Assembly (NCBI GenBank): GCA_964510585.1
Contig: CAZECW010000099.1
Coordinates: forward strand, 4,278-36,277
Reading direction: 5' to 3'
DNA from: an uncultured archaeon
Lineage (GTDB): Archaea > Asgardarchaeota > Jordiarchaeia > Jordiarchaeales > Jordiarchaeaceae
DNA: 32,000 bases
Part shown: in pieces, positions 26,286 through 32,000 of the stretch
How positions within the stretch are numbered: position 1 is the first letter of the stretch
How the letters are laid out: each line of letters begins with the position of its first letter
Made by a program: the position numbers and the translations under genes
The notes under the pieces: generated by a model
What the model saw: only the letters and a program-made list of their open reading frames with translations
The model's database searches: none
What the model was told of the DNA's origin: nothing

Positions 26286-27455
26286 ATGATTGAGGATTTA
26301 GTTAAAAAGCATGAGGAGTGGCGTTCCCACTGCATAAACCTGATACCCTCAGAAAACATTATGAGCCCAAGAGCCCGGGCAATGCTCAGCTCCGACTTAG
26401 GGCACAGGTACACTTCCCCCGACAAATTTTACACTGGAACCAAGTACATTGACCAAATAATTGAGGAGGGAGAAAACCTCGCAAAAAAGGTTTTCAGATG
26501 CAAATTCGCAGACCTACGCCCCATCTCGGGACACGTGGCAGATTTGTCCCTACTTATGGCATTTAGGGGGAAGAGTATGGCATGTATAGGAGAAGCAGAT
26601 GGGGGATATCCAGGCATCTCTCAAGATAACGCTCCAAGTGTTCTGGGAATCAAAGTATACTATCTGCCCTACAAACAGGAGGAAGCCAACATTGATCTTG
26701 AAGGAAGCATCAAATTGATTGAGGAGAAGAAGCCCAACCTAGTTATTCTTGGTGCAAGCTTCATTCCCATGCCCTACCCCGTTTCCGAAATAAGTGTTGC
26801 TGCACACAAGGTTGGAGCTTTACTCGCTTACGACGCCTCGCACGTTATGGGTTTAATAGCGGGCAAAAAGTTTCAGCAACCACTAGCTGAGGGAGCGGAC
26901 ATCATGATGGGAAGCACCCATAAAACCCTTCCTGGACCACAGGGAGGAATAATTCTGGGTAACAGTTTCGAGGACATCAAGGAGCACATCTTGTTCAAAA
27001 CAATTGATAATGCTCATTTCCACAGAATAGCCGCACTGGCAGTTACCTTAGAGGAGACGCAAAAATTTGGAGAGGCATACGCGAGTCAAATAGTTAAGAA
27101 TTCCAAAAAATTAGCCAGCCTGCTGGACGAGGCGGGAATCCCCCTCAAGTGTAAAAGTAAAGGATTTACAGAGTCTCACCAGATTCTGGTAAACACTTGG
27201 GATTTTCAAGTCAAATTTGAAAAGTCATGGTTGGACATAGTTAACAAACTGGAGGAAGCGAATGTCATAATGGACAGGGCTGGAAGAATAGGCACCAACG
27301 AAGTTACCAGGATAGGTATGAAGGAAGAGGAAATGGAAAAAATTTGCGGGTTAATCGTTAAAGCAGTCAAAGGAGGAAAAAAAGAGGATATCAAAAAGGA
27401 AGCTGTAAAACTAAAATCAAAATTCACAAAAGTCCACTACTGCTTCAGCGACTGA
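26286..27455 (+). CDS. glyA: Serine hydroxymethyltransferase-like PLP enzyme (atypical)
   Basis: NLIPSENIMS, RPISG, YDASHV, GSTHKTLPGPQGG and RIGT motifs. Likely start is ATG 26286. Confidence 0.85.
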   Translation: MIEDLVKKHEEWRSHCINLIPSENIMSPRARAMLSSDLGHRYTSPDKFYTGTKYIDQIIEEGENLAKKVFRCKFADLRPISGHVADLSLLMAFRGKSMACIGEADGGYPGISQDNAPSVLGIKVYYLPYKQEEANIDLEGSIKLIEEKKPNLVILGASFIPMPYPVSEISVAAHKVGALLAYDASHVMGLIAGKKFQQPLAEGADIMMGSTHKTLPGPQGGIILGNSFEDIKEHILFKTIDNAHFHRIAALAVTLEETQKFGEAYASQIVKNSKKLASLLDEAGIPLKCKSKGFTESHQILVNTWDFQVKFEKSWLDIVNKLEEANVIMDRAGRIGTNEVTRIGMKEEEMEKICGLIVKAVKGGKKEDIKKEAVKLKSKFTKVHYCFSD

Positions 27456-27590
27456 CAACCCCCCCTACAATGTTTCGTCCTTCAAATTCGGTGTAGGAAT
27501 ATTTCCATCAGTGTTGTTTCCCGCCTGTGGGGTGCGTCTTTCCTAACTTGCTCAAGTCTTGGCCAAGTGTTAGCTAAAAAAAGGTGGTTT

Positions 27591-29405
27591 TTACTCGAAT
27601 TTTTTGAGCTTGGATATTCCAATGCGTAGGGACAGGTAGGAGGCCATTATTCCTAGGGATGCGGCTATGGCTACTCCAATGATCGAGACCAGCCAGTTGA
27701 CGCTGAGTTGCGCCCAAGTTACTATGTAGAATGGGGTTTGAATCAGCCAATTTGAGGCTTGGGGAGGGAGACTTAACAGAATGCCTAGAGTTGGTAGTGT
27801 GAATATGATGTTTTGTATCCAGGGGAAGACGCCAAAAAGAATCATTATTCCCTCGATGGTGAAGGCAACAAACATGAATATTAAGAAGTTTACCAGGTGC
27901 CCAGCGCTCTGCTCTTTGAAAACGGGACGCGCACTGTATATTCCCAAAGCAATAGCGGAGCTTACAACAATCATGAAAAGCATAGCGGGAACCAGTATTA
28001 GTATTCCGGAACTAAGTGAGCCTAGGGCTAAATGAAACAGTAACGCCATGATTAAACCTATAGGCAATCCAACTATTATCATTGCCAAAAACTTGGAGTA
28101 AACCAGATTTTCCACTCCCCTGGGTGCCTTCTTATATGTCCAGAATAGGTCCCTTTGCTTAACAGTCATCTGGCTTGCTTCCATTATGCCTATTATTCCA
28201 GCGGCCAAGAGCAGGTACAATGTGGATAAGCCGGGCATAACGAAAAGCCCACTTACACTGGTGGTTGGCAGAAATAACTGGTTAAAACCCATAAAGTTGA
28301 AGAAATAAATAATCACAGGAAAAATCAGTATGCTCGACATCCGGGTTATGCTCTCCAAGCTTCTTGAAAATTCTTTTAACTGCACAGCAGTAATTGCGCC
28401 CAGCGGTGAAGGTATCGCCCGCCTCACAGCTCTGAAAAACCAATTTTCCTTCCTGATTGTGGTGACTTCACTTACCGAAATCTCTATTCTGTAAACCCTG
28501 TCAATAACCTTCAACCCAAGATAGAAAACAAGAGCAACAAACAATAAGAGCAACGTCAAGCTAGTGGGAAGGTCAGGCTGCAGGGGCAAATAATACGAAT
28601 AGGAGTAAATTCCCAAAGTAGTTGTTACTTTAACCCAGTTGGTGCCAGTTACTGCAAAGAATACTATGTTAGTCACCCAAGTGGTCGGTGAAAAAGTCCA
28701 ATAAAGCGCAGAAGACTGGCCAGAGAATAGCAACAAAAAAGACACACCAAACAATGCTCCAACCATGCCCACGACCGCCTTTCCAATGTCCCTCATCCGG
28801 GGGGAAACGTCACTCTTCGTCTTTATATAAGATGATAGCATAACCCCGATCCAAATACCCACAATCGTGGGAACCATGGACACAAAGGCCAAAATAAAAG
28901 GCGTAGCCAAACTATTCAAGCCATGTTCAATGAAAACTGGAAGGAACATAGCGGCAATAAATGTGAGAACCAAGGGTATGATAAACAGATTCGCCACAAA
29001 CCTACCCAACAACAAGTCTCTGGAACGCAGCGGACTAGCCAAAATAATATCCTTGCTCAAGATCTCCGTTTCCCTAAAGACGCTACCTACCGCCCCTATA
29101 ATGGGCATCATAAAACCAAGGATTCCCACAAATTGACCCATTAAGAGAGCATAGTCAACCACACCTAAAGCGAACTCAAATTCCCCAACATAACCATAAA
29201 CAATTCTCAGGTAATCCTCCACCAGATTCGTAAAAATAGTTTCAGAGTGTATTCTTACCCCTAAAAAAATACTTACACTAAAGGCTAGAATGGGCAGGGC
29301 GACCAGAATCACGAGAATTACTCTTCTAGACTTTCGAGCCCAGGAAGTCATGAGTCGAAACTCGTTCTTAGCAACAGCATACCAGGCCCGCATACCCCTA
29401 CACAT
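27591..29405 (-). CDS. ABC-2/exporter-type permease (about 12-14 TM)
   Basis: Highly hydrophobic protein of about 600 aa with an ILASPL..RDLLLGRF motif; directly downstream of an ABC ATPase. Start is uncertain (29405 or 29393). Confidence 0.88.
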   Translation of the reverse strand: MCRGMRAWYAVAKNEFRLMTSWARKSRRVILVILVALPILAFSVSIFLGVRIHSETIFTNLVEDYLRIVYGYVGEFEFALGVVDYALLMGQFVGILGFMMPIIGAVGSVFRETEILSKDIILASPLRSRDLLLGRFVANLFIIPLVLTFIAAMFLPVFIEHGLNSLATPFILAFVSMVPTIVGIWIGVMLSSYIKTKSDVSPRMRDIGKAVVGMVGALFGVSFLLLFSGQSSALYWTFSPTTWVTNIVFFAVTGTNWVKVTTTLGIYSYSYYLPLQPDLPTSLTLLLLFVALVFYLGLKVIDRVYRIEISVSEVTTIRKENWFFRAVRRAIPSPLGAITAVQLKEFSRSLESITRMSSILIFPVIIYFFNFMGFNQLFLPTTSVSGLFVMPGLSTLYLLLAAGIIGIMEASQMTVKQRDLFWTYKKAPRGVENLVYSKFLAMIIVGLPIGLIMALLFHLALGSLSSGILILVPAMLFMIVVSSAIALGIYSARPVFKEQSAGHLVNFLIFMFVAFTIEGIMILFGVFPWIQNIIFTLPTLGILLSLPPQASNWLIQTPFYIVTWAQLSVNWLVSIIGVAIAASLGIMASYLSLRIGISKLKKFE

Positions 29406-29410
29406 CCATT

Positions 29411-30175
29411 CTAAGTTCTCCACTCCAAGAGAGTCTTTTCTACGGCTTCCTTGCCCACAATTTTAAGATAGGCCTTCTCCAAATCCTTCGCTTTACTCTC
29501 TCTAAGAATTTCCTCCAAAGTACCCTCTATCTTTATCTGGCCACGGTCAATAATTGCAATCCTCTCACACATCTCCTCGGCAAAAGAAAGCATATGTGTA
29601 CATATGAAAAACGTTTTTTTCGCCTCAGACACTAGAAGCTTAATCATATCCTTAACCATACGCGCAGAAGCCGGGTCGAGCCCAGAGATAGGCTCGTCAA
29701 GGAAGATTATTTCGGGGTCGGTGATTAGTGTGGCTGCCAGTAGTACTTTTTGTCTCATGCCTCTGCTGAAGCCTTCAAGTAGGTCGTTTTCCCGATTCTT
29801 AAGCTCGAAGAGTTCAAGGATTTCGTCTATGCGATTGTAGAGTTTGCTGTGTGGGACGTCGTATAGGTCTCCCATAAATTCCAGAAACTCTCTTGCGGTT
29901 AGCTTCTCATATACTCCGGGGGACTCTGGGAGCAGTCCAGTGATTCTTTTCACCTTGTCTGGCTCCTTGATTATGTCGAAGCCTCCAACTGTGGCTGTGC
30001 CTTCTGTAGGTCGAAGTATGCAGTTCAGCATACGAACAGTGGTTGTTTTACCAGCACCGTTAGGTCCTAGTATTCCGAATGTTTCCCCATTTTTTACCTT
30101 CAAGTTTATTTTGTTCACCGCAACTATTTCACCAAATTTTTTGGTCAAATCCTTAGTCTCTATTGCAAATTTCAT
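29411..30175 (-). CDS. ABC transporter ATP-binding protein
   Basis: Walker A GPNGAGKTT, signature FSRGMRQK, Walker B IIFLDEP and H-loop CTH. Confidence 0.96.
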   Translation of the reverse strand: MKFAIETKDLTKKFGEIVAVNKINLKVKNGETFGILGPNGAGKTTTVRMLNCILRPTEGTATVGGFDIIKEPDKVKRITGLLPESPGVYEKLTAREFLEFMGDLYDVPHSKLYNRIDEILELFELKNRENDLLEGFSRGMRQKVLLAATLITDPEIIFLDEPISGLDPASARMVKDMIKLLVSEAKKTFFICTHMLSFAEEMCERIAIIDRGQIKIEGTLEEILRESKAKDLEKAYLKIVGKEAVEKTLLEWRT

Positions 30176-30581
30176 TAACTTTCAGCCCCAACCAAATCGC
30201 TAATTTGGGTTAGAACAATGATTTAAAAAAGGATTGTTAAATTAATTAAAAGGTTCCGATTCTATGCCCGGAAAACTTGCTTTAAAGGTTCCATTAAGTA
30301 TGGGATTTAAGGACAGTATATAAGTATATCTAAAAGAGCAAAAAGAAAAAATTACTTCCACCCCGGTTAGTTGTCTCCCATTCATTTACATTTCTCCCCC
30401 ATGAATATTAACCAATAGACAGCGAAAATACTTATCAAAACTCACAGTTTGAGAAAATTTTAGTGGCTGAAGGCGAGTCTGGTGGGTGATTGAACCTTTA
30501 GGTTGATTTGTGGGAGGTTATCTGCTTATGAATGTTTTATTATGGGGTTATTGTTCCTTTTTGTTGAGTACTTTATTTTAA

Positions 30582-31799
30582 TTATTTGGTGAGTAGGCAT
30601 GAGTCAATGGTGTATCCGCTTATGTCCTTAGTTTCAAGTTGGAGGGTCCCGTTCTGAAATATGCTAATCTGTGTGAAGCATAGAGTCACATTGCCATAAT
30701 CACTATAGGATTGTGGATAGTAGGGGTGAAATGGGGCTCCCCAACAACCATTGGTTAGGTACATAGTGCCCTGCTGGTATGAGGTTACAACCGTGTTGTT
30801 ATACAGGGGTTTTGTTCGATGGTAATGATGGGTATGCCCCTGGACAACAATGTCCACATGGTACTGGTCGAAAAGTGGCACCCAATACTCTATAAGAGTA
30901 GTGGCGTTGCCATGTCCACCGCTATAGTAAACATTTTGGTGAAACATGACAATTTTCCACATGTCTTCAGGAGTGTTTGCTAGAGTATTGTTGAGCCAGT
31001 TTACCTGATTAGTTAGAATTTCTGTGGGTGAAGCGTAGCTGTTTAGAACAATGATTCGTAGGTTTGGCCCCCAATCCATGTAGTACCACTGCTCATTTCC
31101 CGGAAGGGCGAATTGCTCATAATAGTTAGTTGAGTTATATTCATGATTGCCCAAACACGGTATTATGGGAATGGTGAGACCGTTATCCCCTATCCAGTTA
31201 GCATTCACATCAGCAAACCATGAATCCCACTGCTCCTGTATTCTCCCATCCTCAACCATATCACCACTATGCATCACAAACACGGGATTCGCGTGGCGCA
31301 TAGCTTTTGAAACCAGGATCCGATTGGCCTCGTTGGTTCGAGAGTCACCTCCACACACAAAAGTGAAGGAGGAAGACGAGTCGGGAGCGGTTCTGAAAGC
31401 ACGCTCATTGCTGTAATTTCCCGGACCCCCACAAATAAAGTAGTATGTGGTGTCGGGACTTAGATTAGTGAGTTCAACTTGATGGATGTACCCTGTAGCT
31501 CCAGCATACAAACGATGAACTCCCATAGCTTTATACCGGTAAAAAAAAGGTACACCTCCCCGGGATATATTATCAAATAAAACTTCGTCCCCAGTGTTTG
31601 GATTGGCTGTTTGCCACATAACAGTTATACTATTTCGGGGATCATTTTGGAAAGTTAGATGTATGTTTATAGGCTTATCCTGAACCAAAATTACAGGAGA
31701 GTAGGGCAAGGGGGCCTGCAATTTTACAAGTAGGAGGTTTAAGAACAGTAAGATAACAAATAGCATTAGCATTATAGAGATGAACCTTTTTAGCTTCAT
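30582..31799 (-). CDS. Secreted purple acid phosphatase-like metallophosphoesterase with N-terminal FN3-like domain
   Basis: Signal/TM helix, then GGDSR, HSGDMV, GNHE, MFH and GHTHHY motifs. Confidence 0.92.
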   Translation of the reverse strand: MKLKRFISIMLMLFVILLFLNLLLVKLQAPLPYSPVILVQDKPINIHLTFQNDPRNSITVMWQTANPNTGDEVLFDNISRGGVPFFYRYKAMGVHRLYAGATGYIHQVELTNLSPDTTYYFICGGPGNYSNERAFRTAPDSSSSFTFVCGGDSRTNEANRILVSKAMRHANPVFVMHSGDMVEDGRIQEQWDSWFADVNANWIGDNGLTIPIIPCLGNHEYNSTNYYEQFALPGNEQWYYMDWGPNLRIIVLNSYASPTEILTNQVNWLNNTLANTPEDMWKIVMFHQNVYYSGGHGNATTLIEYWVPLFDQYHVDIVVQGHTHHYHRTKPLYNNTVVTSYQQGTMYLTNGCWGAPFHPYYPQSYSDYGNVTLCFTQISIFQNGTLQLETKDISGYTIDSCLLTK

Positions 31800-31836
31800 C
31801 TAGTACCAAATCCCACTGAGATAATTACAAAACCTT

Positions 31837-32000
31837 GGCGCGAAGGACCCCGACTTCAAGTCGTGGGGATGAATCGCCAGAAAGTTTATTTGAAAGTATG
31901 GTATATAAATAGTTGTTGGTAGCTGAAGGGTTTGGCTTGGGCTCAAGGAGGCTAAACAAGACGCAGCCCCCATGAGGGTGCCAACATAGACGCCGTTCCC
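31837..32000 (+). mobile_element. IS200/IS605-family terminal hairpin and possible degenerate 5' start of tnpB (cut off by the window end)
   Basis: CCCCGACT-TCA-AGTCG(T)GGGG hairpin (31848-31868) enclosed by GGCG..CGCC, then a TATA-like tract and a TTG-initiated frame VAEGFGLGSRRLNKTQP with a frameshift/stop. Confidence 0.6.

Noticed and set aside
5357-31416. Numerous antisense or alternate-frame ORFs inside identified genes (e.g. 5523..6041, 12177..12536, 24419..24829, 27781..28035, 29844..30203)
   Set aside because: Shadow frames of well-supported CDSs.
1-32000. CRISPR array, tRNA or rRNA genes
   Set aside because: No regularly spaced repeats, cloverleaf/T-loop signature or rRNA-like sequence was found by eye in any intergenic region.

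Overview
Archaeal chromosomal window of roughly 40% GC. Evidence for archaea: archaeal-type promoters and SD sites, W-AOR, MtrH-like and archaeal-type GlyA-like proteins. Two stand-alone longin-like proteins and a SNAP-like TPR protein suggest an Asgard-related lineage (inference). The left 3.7 kb is a decaying accessory island: a pseudogenised MNT nucleotidyltransferase, a pseudogenised UPF0175/DUF3368 toxin-antitoxin pair, and a frameshift-split secreted Trp-rich protein followed by a membrane protein and its decayed paralog. At 4.7-10 kb lies a complete four-component corrinoid methyltransfer module: pyrrolysine-free MttB-family MT1, corrinoid protein, RamA/RACo activator and MtrH-like MT2. 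The rest holds vapBC, a divergent lipoate ligase, an M20 peptidase, an ArsR regulator with a truncated ino1 and a PHP gene, an MBL hydrolase, a hexapeptide acyltransferase, an AOR-moaD cluster with a ModE-like box, an SHMT-like enzyme lacking folate-related residues, an ABC exporter, a purple acid phosphatase, and an IS200/IS605 end at the right edge. A saw-tooth strand composition (G/T-rich to A/C-rich) resets at most intergenic regions. No rRNA, tRNA or CRISPR array was seen. All motif comparisons are from memory of the families; no database searches were run.
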